Of a stretch of DNA of 64,000 nucleotides, positions 1 to 11,283 are shown in pieces; position 1 is the first letter of the stretch; each line of letters starts with the position of its first letter. Source of the DNA: Sarea resinae (lineage: Eukaryota); NCBI GenBank assembly GCA_026026165.1, contig JAPEUD010000006.1:62001-126000 (forward strand), written 5' to 3'. A model generated the notes under the pieces. That model did no database searches, had not been told where the DNA came from, and saw only the letters and a list, made by a program, of their open reading frames with translations. Both the position numbers and the translations under genes were made by a program.

Positions 1-134
1 GGATTCTCAATTCCATTGTTCCGTCTCTTACTACCAGAGTACTCTATATATCCGCTCTACTTATCAATATACCCCTAAAAGTCCCAATTTCCAAGCGCAT
101 TAACCTCACACTCTTCCATCCAGCAACCGCCATC

Positions 135-1244
135 ATGCAGCACGTTCTCCAAGGCGGCCTCTCAGCAGGCATGTCGGCAACAGAAGCCTTCCACTCCAGC
201 AAACCCAACCCCGTCGACCCCTCCTTCGACGGCACCGCCGCCATCCTACCCGCCTCCTATATCCCCTCGGCCGACAAAACCATCACGCTCCGCGGCGCGA
301 AAAAGTCCATCAAGGCGCCGCACATGACCTGGGGCGCCTGGCCGTGGGGCGACAAGGCAACATTCGAGTTCTCCGACTCGGAGCGGCCGGCCGTGAAAGC
401 CGCCTGGGAGCAGGCCTATGCGCAGGGGCTCAACTGGATCGACACGGCGCAGGCCTACGGCTCAGGCGAATCGGAGCGGATCGTGGGCGAGCTCATCAAG
501 GACTTGCCGCGCGACAGCGTCATCATCCAGGACAAGTGGTACGTGGTGCCGGACAACCCGACCAACTTTGTGCACCCGGTCGACGCGCCCCTGATCTACC
601 TCAAAGACAGCCTCAAGCGGCTCGGCACCGACCACATCGACCTCTACCTCGTGCACGGCCACATCCACCCGGCATCCATCAAGAACGTGGCCGAGGGCCT
701 CGCGGCCTGCGTGAACCAGGGCCTCACGCACACCGTGGGCGTGGCCAACTACTCGGCCAAAGACATGCTGGAGATGCAGGCCGCGCTCGCCGCGCACGGC
801 ATCCCGCTCGCGCTGAACCAGTGCGAATACAGCGTGCTGCGGCGGCACCCGGAGACGCTAGGCGGCCTGCTCACCGCGTGCCGCGAGAACGGCATCGTGT
901 TCCAGTCGTACAGCTCGCTGGCGCAGGGCCGGCTGACGGGCAAATACAGCGCCGACAATCCGCCGCCGGCGCAGCGCCGGTTCAGCTCCTACGACATGAA
1001 GGACCTCGAGCCGACGATGCGCGTGCTCGGCGACATTGCGGCCAAGCACGACGTCGGCGTCTCCGCCGTTGCCCTCAACTATAACCTCAGCAAGGGCGTC
1101 ATCCCCACCGTCGGCATCCGCAGCCCCGAGCAGATGAAGGAGAACGCGGCCGCGCTGGGCTGGCGCCTCAGTCTCGAGGAGATGAAGCAGATTGACGCCG
1201 TCAGCGTCGAGGGCAAGACGACTGCGCTGTGGCAGCAGGGCTAG
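135..1244 (+). CDS. Aldo/keto reductase family oxidoreductase (intronless)
   Basis: 369-aa ORF with AKR motifs WIDTAQAYGSGESE, SLKRLGTDHIDLYLVHG, VGVANY, NQCEYS, YSSLAQGRLTGKY, PTVGIR; strongly GC3-biased codons. Confidence 0.93.
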   Translation: MQHVLQGGLSAGMSATEAFHSSKPNPVDPSFDGTAAILPASYIPSADKTITLRGAKKSIKAPHMTWGAWPWGDKATFEFSDSERPAVKAAWEQAYAQGLNWIDTAQAYGSGESERIVGELIKDLPRDSVIIQDKWYVVPDNPTNFVHPVDAPLIYLKDSLKRLGTDHIDLYLVHGHIHPASIKNVAEGLAACVNQGLTHTVGVANYSAKDMLEMQAALAAHGIPLALNQCEYSVLRRHPETLGGLLTACRENGIVFQSYSSLAQGRLTGKYSADNPPPAQRRFSSYDMKDLEPTMRVLGDIAAKHDVGVSAVALNYNLSKGVIPTVGIRSPEQMKENAAALGWRLSLEEMKQIDAVSVEGKTTALWQQG

Positions 1245-2287
1245 AGCTTTTTCTTTCCTTTTCTCTCTTCTTGCACGACAGGATACGATAGGATAAAATG
1301 ATGATGAGTAGAAATGTAAATATCTCAATGATTGCCAGATAGTTGTACGAAAAAGAAACCCAAATTCGAAATCAAAATCAAAACCAATCATCTTCTTGGA
1401 CGATTCGACTTGCACATATCAGACTATTCGTACCTAAATGCTAGCTACTTCTTACGCGCCTCATAGATGTTTGTTTATATGCGATATAAATGCTACATGC
1501 ATACTATAGATTTGCGCCATATACACACATATATAGAAATTGCAATACCTAGCTAGCCCCCTTGACTTGCGCGTCCCAGGGGATAGAAAGATAACAAGAT
1601 CCAAAACAACCATGCATCCAAGCAAGAAAAGAGGGAGAGACTGACAGGCAGACAGGCAGACAGAGAGACAGAGAGACAGAGAGACAGAGAGACAGAGAGA
1701 TAGATAGAGACGACAAGAAAGGCCGAACGAAGAGACGGGTAAATATTACATATTACATGGTCAAATAGGAATACAATCTCATTTTCGTTATTTCTTGGAG
1801 ATCTGCTCCTTCACTCATTCGTTCCTTTGTCCGTTCATTTGTTCGTAAATTTCGTTAGACGAGATCCCGAGGGGGTTCTCTTGTTATGCTAATCGGAAGA
1901 GAGGATAGCTACTTTGGTTGCGGGTAGAAAGGTAGGCAGGTGTGCGAGAACAGCAGCAGCAGTAGCAGTGCAAAACGAAAAGTCAGACAGCCGGCCAGCC
2001 AGATGCCCACTCGACCCCCATCCATCTCCACTTCCAACTCAATCCCATCCCGTCTGATCCCATTCCATTCCATTTCATTCGCAGATGTTCATCCATTTCC
2101 CGCACGCATCCCACGCTATACCGCAAGACCAAACAGAAATAAGCAAAATTCGCAACGCGGGGATATACTCGCCAACACCGGGAAATACTCAGACCAAACA
2201 ACCAAACAAAGCACAGTAAAAGCAATTTAACGTAAAGGGCAATGGCAAGTGAATTCGTGATAACCTCCCCCTCATGAGCTGGAATCA

Positions 2288-4052
2288 TCACTGTTGCGAG
2301 GCGGGCGTCGAACCATTCCTCTGCAGGAGCTCTGCGGCCTGCTCGGCCGAATAGCCAATGAAAACCGGTCCCGTAAATACCATACGTGGGGCCGAGTGTG
2401 TGTTAATGTTTGATGGGGATGGAGTCTTTGGGCGTGGGTTATGGCTGAAGACATCGCCTTCTCGTTGTGACTCCGGGCTTTCTAGGACAGGATCCACGTT
2501 CTTCGAGCCGCCCACATTCGATGTCACTTTTCTAGCTCGACAGTTGCCGTAAGAGAAGCTCGCCGATTCCGGTAGCGTGGATACACCCTTATTAGCGGCC
2601 GACTGGTCCGCGCTCACACGCCTGGTCGATGTCTCGCTGCCTGGAGCGGTCTGCGTCTTCTCTTTATTGATAGGCACCGGGATGCCCCATGGTCGGCTAG
2701 GTGATTCGCCAAGCCGAATATCCTTGAGAGGTCTGTCGAAGCGGCCTTGACGCTCTTCATCGTCCTTGGGCTCGACTGCGGTGTCTGTATCCATCCCTGC
2801 GCCTGGTTCCACCATGCCATCGAGGCTAGAGCTAACCGTCTTGGCCCAGTTGGCTACCTTTTCCATCGACTTCTGCTCCTCGGCACCCGACTCGGGCTTC
2901 GATGCGAGCATCGGCTGATGTGTTGATCCTAAGCCCTGAATCATGCTGACGAGGTTTCCGTACTTTGCGTCCAGCTGTCTGATGCTTTCCGAGTTGCTCT
3001 GATACCGCTTGACACATATTTCGTGGCTTCGAGGGATTTCGTGCTTGTGATTCTCAAAGTACTTGGCCACTTCCTCTGGAGAGTGTTGATCGAGAAAGCG
3101 AATGGGACATTTGGACAGAGAGCCTTCCACTGAAGCTGGCGGGGAGTTGACTTGCTCTGGATGCAGCTCGAGCTGGATCGGATCGATGGAAGAATGGCGG
3201 CGATGAGGTTGCTCGTCATCCTTGGTGTGGGGAGGTGTCGGAAGGGAACGCGGGTTGTCCAGATGAGGTCGAACGGATTCTTTGAGGGCGGAAGGACGTC
3301 TGCTGAATGGCTTACTGCCCTTGCCGGAGAAGGGACACTGTAGGTTGCCCTCCTTGCCTCGTCGAGTGAAGTCCTCTTCCAGATGTAAAGCAGGCTCTCG
3401 AGGTCGAGGCGGCGAGTTTAGTGGAGAAGTCGTATTCGGGGCCAGGCTAGCATGCGGACATCCGGGCGAACTGCCTTGCTTGATCTGACCCTTTTTCAGG
3501 CTCTGGAGACGATCGCGAGCCCCCAACGCTTCGAGTATGCTGGCGTGCGCTCGACGATCTTGACCGGAACCTTTTCCTCGCAAGTCGTTCTTTAGCCACA
3601 GATACGCTTCACTCGAGTCCATGTCGCCATGATCGTTTTCAAGGAACTCAGCCTTCTCGAGAAGATCTACATCATCCGGATGTCTTTGAACCGCTTCTCG
3701 GAACTGTATTCAGTCAGCTTCAACCTTGCTTCAGTCGTCGAGAATTGATGCAGGACAGGAATGGATCGAGAACAGTCAGGAAACATGTAAAGATCGTTCA
3801 TAGCCACAGAAGCGGCTTCAGATCTAGAGCTAGTAAAGGTTTCATCATGCAAGAAAACGGCAAGGGGCTTCTGTATAATGTCGGCGGGGGAACGGCAGAG
3901 ATGACACTCACGGCAATCTGTGCGGCAGACAGCTTACTCTCAACACGTCGACGCTTCGATGTGGAGAGCTGCATCTCCTCGTACAAAGCCTCGAAACCAT
4001 CGACCAGCTGTTTGACGAGGTGGTTGAATTCGTCTCCTGCGAGGTCGCCCAT
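2288..4052 (-). CDS. Conserved fungal hypothetical protein, snoRNA host gene; exons 4052-3912 and 3703-2288
   Basis: Exon 1 MGDLAGDEF...AQIA ends at a GTGAGT donor (3911). Branch GCTGAC and CAG acceptor (3704) resume FREAVQRHPDD in frame with the 444-aa ORF, which carries CPF and CPIRFLDQHSPEEVAKYFENHKHEIPRSHEICVKRYQ motifs. Confidence 0.8.
3774..3851 (-). ncRNA. Intronic C/D-box snoRNA, predicted 18S rRNA 2'-O-methylation guide
   Basis: Minus strand: C box ATGATGA (3848-3842), guide TAGCTCTAGA (3832-3823), D' CTGA (3821-3818), hairpin AGCCGC-TTCT-GTGGCT, C'-like ATGAACGA, D CTGA (3779-3776). It lies in a 208-nt intron, the longest inferred in the window. Confidence 0.75.
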
Positions 4053-4705
4053 GATGCCGATACTTGGTGGCGCCAGCCGAAGGTGAGCTCTACATGAAGC
4101 AAAGCCGAGAGAAGCTGAGAAGAGAGATGATGTCTAGATGATTGATGATGGATGAAGTGTATGTATGCACGGCGTGGGGGGTAGGGAAAGAAGGTCGATG
4201 GTGGATGGAGGATGGAGGATGCCAGTATCTGCTGATTATTCTGGGGTGCAGGACATGTGTATGTATGTATGGCGATAGGAATTAAATTGCAAAAGATCAA
4301 ACAGAAAGGTGAGACGAGAGAGATGAGAGACGAGAGAGATGAGAGACGAGGCGAGGGACAGATTGGCATCTTTACGGGTGCCAGCAGTGACCCAAGAGGC
4401 AGGACGTGCCGACTCGAGGGCTCGTAGGTAATTTGTACGGAGTACGAAGTTACGTGGCTCTCCAGCGCTCCAGGGCGGTCTATTGACAGTGGACAGACGC
4501 TGAAACCCATTATCACCGCCTCATTATAGACTGGACGTGGCTTGAAGCGTTTCCGCTCCAGCAATGTTTCTTCTCTCCCCGTTGTCCAGCATGGGAACAG
4601 ATTGAAACCTCATCTGCTTTTCATTCCTTCGTTCATTCGTTCGTTCTGAGCAGATACTCCCGCGAGATAGAGCTCGACGCACCATCCAAAAGGACGACCT
4701 TCACG

Positions 4706-6079
4706 ATGCCTTCAATGCACCTCTCGCACATCCACAAATGGATCCTCGCCTCGCCGCCCGTCGAATGGGCTCTCCAGCATCTGCGCGAACTCGTCATTGG
4801 CGCTCTCCGCCAAGGGCCCATCCCGCAGCATGTCGCCTTCGTCATGGACGGCAACCGACGCTTCGCCCGAAGCCACCAGATCGAGACGGTCGAGGGCCAT
4901 AACCTGGGCTTTGAGGCGCTGGCACGGGTGCGTATCTCTGAACAGTGATGGGCATGCGATCGGCGCAAGGCACCCGAAACTGACACCCGATCGATCATGC
5001 AGATATTGGAAGTATGCTACAAGTCCGGGGTCAAAGTCGTCACCATCTACGCCTTCAGCATCGAGAACTTCAAACGGTCCAAGTACGAGGTCGACGCGCT
5101 GATGGAAATGGCCAAGGTCAAGCTCTCGCAGCTGGCCCAGCACGGCGACCTCCTGGATCGCTACGGCGCCAGCATCCGCATCCTCGGCCAACGGGAACTG
5201 GTCAAGGCGGATGTGCTCGAGGCCATGGACCGGGCCGTGAGCCTCACGAGCCATAACAAGCAGTGAGCTACCAGATCCAAACAGACGGTATTTTCCACAC
5301 TAATCACTTTTTATCTATCAAGAGCCATTCTCAACGTCTGCTTCCCCTACACGTCGCGCGACGAAATCACCACCGCCATCCGCGGCACGGTCCTCGACTA
5401 CTCCAAACCGCTTCCCTCGCTGCAACGCCCCTTCAGCGAGTCGCACATTACGCAGAATATCCGATCACGCAATTTCAAAACGTCGGCGCTGCCAAGTCTA
5501 GACGAAAAACCCTACCAGTCCTTCCCCGCCTCGGCCGACTCCACGGCCCCCTCATCCGACGCCGAAGAAGAAAACGAAGACGAACGAGCAGACGGAGAAG
5601 AAGGAGAAGCAGAAGAAGAAGAAGAAGACTCCACAACCACAGCATCATCGACCACGCTCTCCCCCGACACGCCACCTTCCACCACCGCCGCCGCCACTAC
5701 CGCCGCAAACACAACGGCCTCCAACAAGCTCGCGCACGCCCCCTCCTCGGACCCCACCTACCCGGACCCCGAAACCATCACCCCGGCCACCCTCAACGCG
5801 CACATGTTCACGGCCGGCATGCCGCCGCTCGACCTCCTGGTGCGCACGTCGGGCGTCGAGCGCCTCAGCGACTTCATGCTCTGGCAGTGCCACCAGGACA
5901 CCGACCTCGTCTTTCTGTCTTGCCTGTGGCCCGAGTTCGACCTGTGGCACTTTTTGCCCGTGCTCGTCGAGTGGCAGTGGCGCAGGAAGCGCGCGGATGA
6001 GAAGGTTTCTGGTGGTGGTGGTGGGGCGGCGGCGGCGGCGGCGGGCTCGGGGAAGATGATGGCCGCGAAACTTGGATAG
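4706..6079 (+). CDS. RER2: cis-prenyltransferase / dehydrodolichyl diphosphate synthase (RER2/SRT1 family); exons 4706-4927, 5003-5262, 5323-6079
   Basis: Motifs [69 protein letters not shown]. Introns GTGCGT..GCAG and GTGAGC..CAAG restore the frame. Confidence 0.93.
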
Positions 6080-7940
6080 ATAGATAGGTAGGTAGGGATG
6101 GGCTTAGATTAATTCCATTCATCTTCTGCCAGTCTCATCTCGTCTCGTCTCATCTCATCTCATTTCCTTGCATCTCCTCGTTCTAGTCCATCTCCTCGTT
6201 CTAGTCCATCTCATCTCATTCCCATTTCCTTCTCATCCCATTTCCTTCTCATCTCATTCCCATTTCCTTCCCATTTCCCTCCCATTTCATTTCATCTCTC
6301 TCCTTTCGTCTCATTTCCCTCCTTCGCTTCGTCAGTTAGCTGGCACGGCTTAGCATAGTCTTCTTCAACAATTCTTCAACAATTTCTCAAACAAATACCT
6401 TAAACAAATACCATATAGCAACGGCTCAGCTCAGCTTAGCTCAGCTCAGGTCCGGTCTGGTGTGGTCTGGTCCAGTCGGGTCAATGGCTCAGTAAAGCGT
6501 GGAATGGGTTCCAGCGGTTTTCAGCGGTTGTCAGCGGTTGTCAGCAGTTCTCGGGTGGCTTAGGTGGCTCGGTGATTCTTCTTCTTCTTCTTCTTCTTCT
6601 TCTTCTTCTTCTCCTGGCGGCGATGGCGATGGCAACGACGACGCGTGCTGGATGGATGGATAGATGGGAAGAGGGATAGGAAGCATTTTGTTTTTGTTTC
6701 GGTTTCATCTTGTTTCATTTCATCGGCGTTTTATGGGCGATTGAGTATGTCTACTGTGTCTGCTAAGTTTACTGTGTCTACTGTGTCTGTTGAGTCTACT
6801 GAGTTTACTGAGTTCACTGTGTCTGCTGTGTCTATTAACTCTTGTCTCGTCTCGTCTCGTCTCGTCTCGTCTCGTCGTACATTATGGTATGGCATGGTAT
6901 GGCATGATGTATTGTGTTGTAGCGTATTGTATTGTAGTATAGTGTATTGAAGCGTATCATATTGAAGCGTATCATATTGAAGCGTATTGTGTTGAAGTGT
7001 AGTGTAGTGTAGTGTAGTGTAGTGTAGTGTAGTGTAGTGTACTGTATCCCGTTATAGCAAAGCAAAACACATCTCATCACCCTCTCTTCCCCATTTTGCC
7101 TCTTCCCCCTTTCCCCTGGCTAATTCCCCTACTACTAACCTTTCCCTACCACCTTTCCCCTTTGATTTACCCCCTCTTCGTCTCTTTGTCTCTTCGTCTC
7201 TTTGTCTCTTCGTCTCTTCGTCTCTTTGGGTTTATTTCCTCCCCTTGTTCGTATTTTTTTCTTCTTTTTTTCTTTTGTAAGATTGGTTGGTTGGTCAGTT
7301 GGAGGGCAGGTTTAATTGTTTGATAGTATGTTTAATGAATGGATGGTTGGTTCGTTAGATGGATGATTAGATGGTTAGATTGTTTGGATTGTTTGATACT
7401 AGGTTGGATGGATGGATGGATGGATGGTATACACCGCCCGCGCGCGTGTGACGGGTTCAAGACCACGGGACTCTACACACAGAGGGGGGGAAAAGGGGGG
7501 TGTGGAAAAAGGCAGAAATTACTATAAATGAGAGATTGGTTGACTAGTACGGCATGAACTTAGATAAAAGTAAAGTGAACTAAAGTAAAGTACTCTACAG
7601 ACAGAGAGGTTTGTAGTTGTGTAGGTGTGTAGGTAGGTAGGTATACGCGTTGTACGGTAGAGACACTGAGAAGGGGGGGTTCTCCTCGCTGCCTCCTCTG
7701 CTTCTGCTCTGCTTCTGCTCTGCTTCTGCTCTGCTTCTGCTTCTGCTACTTCTGCTTTGGCTCCTCGTTTGACGATGACGGGGCGCCGTCTTCCGAGGCA
7801 AAGTCTCTGATTTTCCTATTGTGACGAATCTCATCCAAACCCCATCCCCATCCCATCTTTCACTTCTCTTCTCCTATCTTATTGTCTCTCCTCTTCTCTT
7901 CTCAACTCATCCCTTCCTTCTCATTTCCATCCCTTCTCAC
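6080..7940. repeat. Compound microsatellite / low-complexity spacer between convergent genes
   Basis: (TTC)12 at 6576-6611, (AGTGT)9 at 6996-7040, (TCTCG)n near 6845-6875, ATTGAAGCGTATCAT repeats near 6946-6985, (GGAT)n, (CTGCTY)n near 7698-7757. Confidence 0.9.
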
Positions 7941-7946
7941 CATAAT

Positions 7947-10900
7947 TTACTCCCCCTTGTACTTGTCCTGCTCGACACTAAACGCAGCCTCAAGCAGGTC
8001 ATTCTCCTCCTTCATATGCGTGGCCTTGAGACCGGTGGCCACGGACGCGCTGGGGCCACGACCGGCGTACATGACGTGCTTGTGATGGTGATGGTTAGTC
8101 TCATTCAGCAAGGTCTCGATGCGGGGCTGAGTAAAGGACCAGGCGCCCGCGTTCAGCGGCTCCTCCTGCGCCCAAACGATGTTCTTGGCATTCGGGTAGC
8201 GGTCAAGGTTCTCCTTGAGTGGCGCCCACGGGAACGGGTTCAGTTGCTCGACCCGAATGATGGCCGTGTCTTTGATCTCGTTCGTCTCGCGGTGCTTTTG
8301 GAGCGCCGCATAGACTTGGCCGGAGCAGAGGATCACGCGCTCGATCTTCTCGGGCTCGTTGATCGACTTGCCGTGCTCACGGTCTGGGATGATCCATTCG
8401 AACCGGGACTCGCCCGTGAATTCCTCAATGGACGAGCGTGCCAGAGGGTGGCGGAGGAGGGATTTGCTGAAGAAGATGATGAGGGCTATTTGCCATGTTA
8501 GCAGCAGCCCCGAAAAAGATTATGAAAACTTACGTTTTCGGAATTGACGGTTCATTTGTCGTCGCAGGATGTGGAAGAGGTTAGAGGGAGTCGTCATGCA
8601 GGCGATCTGCATGTTGCAGTCCTGATGTTGGCGGGCAAGTTTCTCGGCTGAAGGGAAGATGCGCGGATCTTCGTTGCAAAGCTGGAGATAACGCTCCATC
8701 CTGCCCGAAGAGTGCTCGGGGCCCTGACCGTCGTAGCCGTGGGGCAAGCTCATGACGAGGCCAGATCTCTGGAGCCACTTGACTTCACCAGAAGCAATGA
8801 ATTGATCAATGATACATTGGGCGTTGTTGGCAAAGTCACCGAACTGCGCTTCCCACATGACAAGGGCATTCGGGGACGACAGAGAGTAGCCGTATTCGAA
8901 GCCGAGACTGCAATCCGTTAGTTTTATTCGACGATATGGAAACTAAGAACTTACGCTCCGAATTCGCTCAGCGACGAGTTCGAGATGGTAAAGGTGCCTT
9001 GGTTTTCACTAATGTGCTGCAGAGGAGTGTACGTTCCCTCATTTTCTTGATCGTGCAAGACCGCATGACGTTGGGAGAAAGTTCCACGCTCCACATCCTG
9101 GCCAGAAACACGGACATGGTGGCCATCTGCGACCAAAGATCCGAAAGCCAGAGCTTCGCCAGTGGCCCAATCAATGTTCTTGCCCTCGTCAACGGTCTTC
9201 TTCCTGTTGCTGAGAATTCGCTTCAGGTTTCGATGAACGGTGAAACCCTCGGGAGCTCCCCCGATCTTGTCGCCAACGCTCTTCAGGAGGTCTTCCGAGA
9301 TGGCTGTTGGCAGATGTGGGAGAACCTCCGTTGCGAGCTCCTTTGGCGAGGCGAATCCGTTCCAGGCAGATGTCAGCCATTCCTTCGACGTAGGCTGGTA
9401 GTCCTTGCTCCGGTTGAAGCTGTCCTCCAGCATTCCCCAAACCCATTTCTTGTGCTCATCAATGTCATCCTTGGTAAATGACTTCTCTTCGAGCAGCTTG
9501 TTGACGTATTTGTCCAATTGGCTCTTCTGCTCACTGATACGCTTGTACATGAGAGGTTGCGTGAACGATGGCTGGTCAGTCTCGTTGTGGCCTTGTTTTC
9601 GGTAGCAGACAATGTCAACGACGACGTCCTTCTTGAACTCTGCACGCCAGTCGGCCGCTAACTGACAGACGTGATTCAATGCTTCAACGTCATCACTGTT
9701 GACGTGGAACACAGGAGCATCAATGGCCTTTGCGATATCAGAGCAGTAAGGAGTGGAGCGAGCGAAACGAGGGTCAGTCGTGAATCCGATTTGGTTGTTG
9801 ACGATCAGATGGATGGTACCACCAGTGGAGTAAGCAGGGAGAGAGTGGAAGCCCAGAGTCTCGTAGACGACACCTTGAGCGGCAAAAGCAGCATCACCGT
9901 GCAAAAGAACACCCATTGCGGTTGTGAAGTCCTTTTCATCATTGTTGTAATGCTGAATAGCTCTCGTCTTACCCAAAACGACAGGGTCCTCGGCTTCCAA
10001 ATGCGACGGATTTGCGACGAGAGAAAGCTGCACGCGTTTTCCTGATGGAGTCGGTCGCTCAAAGTTCATTCCCAAGTGATACTTGACATCACCAGAACCC
10101 TCATCAGAGGGTTCGGCAGATCCGCCAAATTCGCTGAAGATGGACTCGTTGGGTTTTCGCACGACGTTGCTAAGAACGTTCAGTCGTCCACGATGGGGCA
10201 TTCCGATGACGATATCCTTGACACCGTGATCGACACTTCGGTCGATCAGAGCTTTCATACCCGGAACCATGGACTCGCAGCCCTCGAGACCGAAACGTTT
10301 GTCGTTGGGATACTTGGTGGCCAGGAAGGACTCGAAGCTCGAACTCCAGATGAGGCGATCCAAAATACGTCGGCGCTCATCGATCGAGTACTTGTAAGGT
10401 TGTGGGATCTCCATCCGATTTCGGATCCAGTCGCATTGCTCTCTGTCCGGGATATGAATATACTCGATACCGTAGGAGCCGCAATATATCCTTTCACACG
10501 CCGCGATGATCTCACGAAGGGTCATCTTCTCTCGCGTCTCGGTCTTGAATCGGGGAAGAATACCGGGGCCCAAGCTGTATTCGGTATCCAGATCATTCTC
10601 GGTGAATTGGTAGTAGTCGAGCTGAAGCTCCTTTGGCTTGCTGTAGCCAAAAGCCTCGGCCTCGCCACGAATGCCCAACGGATCAATCTTGGCCTTGTGG
10701 TGGCCTCGAGCTTGATAGGCTCTCACCAACAACTGAACCTTCAAGTGATTCGTGACGTCAGAGCCTTGTCCGGTGGCCATTCCCGGCACGAAGCTGGGGA
10801 TACCTCCAGCCGCGGCCGGGACGAGGGTGGGCGGCGGTTGGAAGGCCTGGGACATGGGCATGTCGCCATGCTCCATGTTGTTGAAGTAGACCCGCCACGA

Positions 10901-11283
10901 GACATGAACGCTCTCGGGGTCCTTCTTCCACTGCATGTACATCTCGTCGACATAATTTGCAGTGTTTCCCTGCAGGAAAGAATCGTTCGGGTCCTGGAAT
11001 ACGAGCAATCATCCCGTCAGCATCACAACGATGGAGTCCGTTTTCGAGTTGCAGAGGTGCTTACCACTCCCTTGCTGGTATCCTCAGCAGCGACCGCATA
11101 GCTTCGTCGCTGCGAGGCATGGCTGGTCACGGCCAAAGCTCTTCGCTTTGCGACGAGAGCCGAAGCCTGTGAGCGTGGTGCAGCGGTCACCATATTCCTC
11201 GACGCGCCGCATAGTGATCGAGAGCAGGTGCAGCCGCCCCCAAGGAGGCGACTGCTGGACTGCCTCAAGGAAGCGCGAAGCAT
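7947..11283 (-). CDS. KGD1: Mitochondrial 2-oxoglutarate dehydrogenase E1; exons 11283-11065, 10993-8955, 8907-8534, 8485-7947
   Basis: Arg/Ser-rich presequence [12 protein letters not shown]. Motifs [88 protein letters not shown]. All three introns are GT-AG and join in frame. Confidence 0.97.

Noticed and set aside
344..1084. 246-aa alternative-frame ORF, and similar overlapping ORFs in GC-rich genes
   Set aside because: Out-of-frame shadows caused by high GC3; Arg/Pro/Ala-rich with no motifs.
10076..11101. 341-aa plus-strand ORF
   Set aside because: Antisense shadow of KGD1, explained by codon bias.
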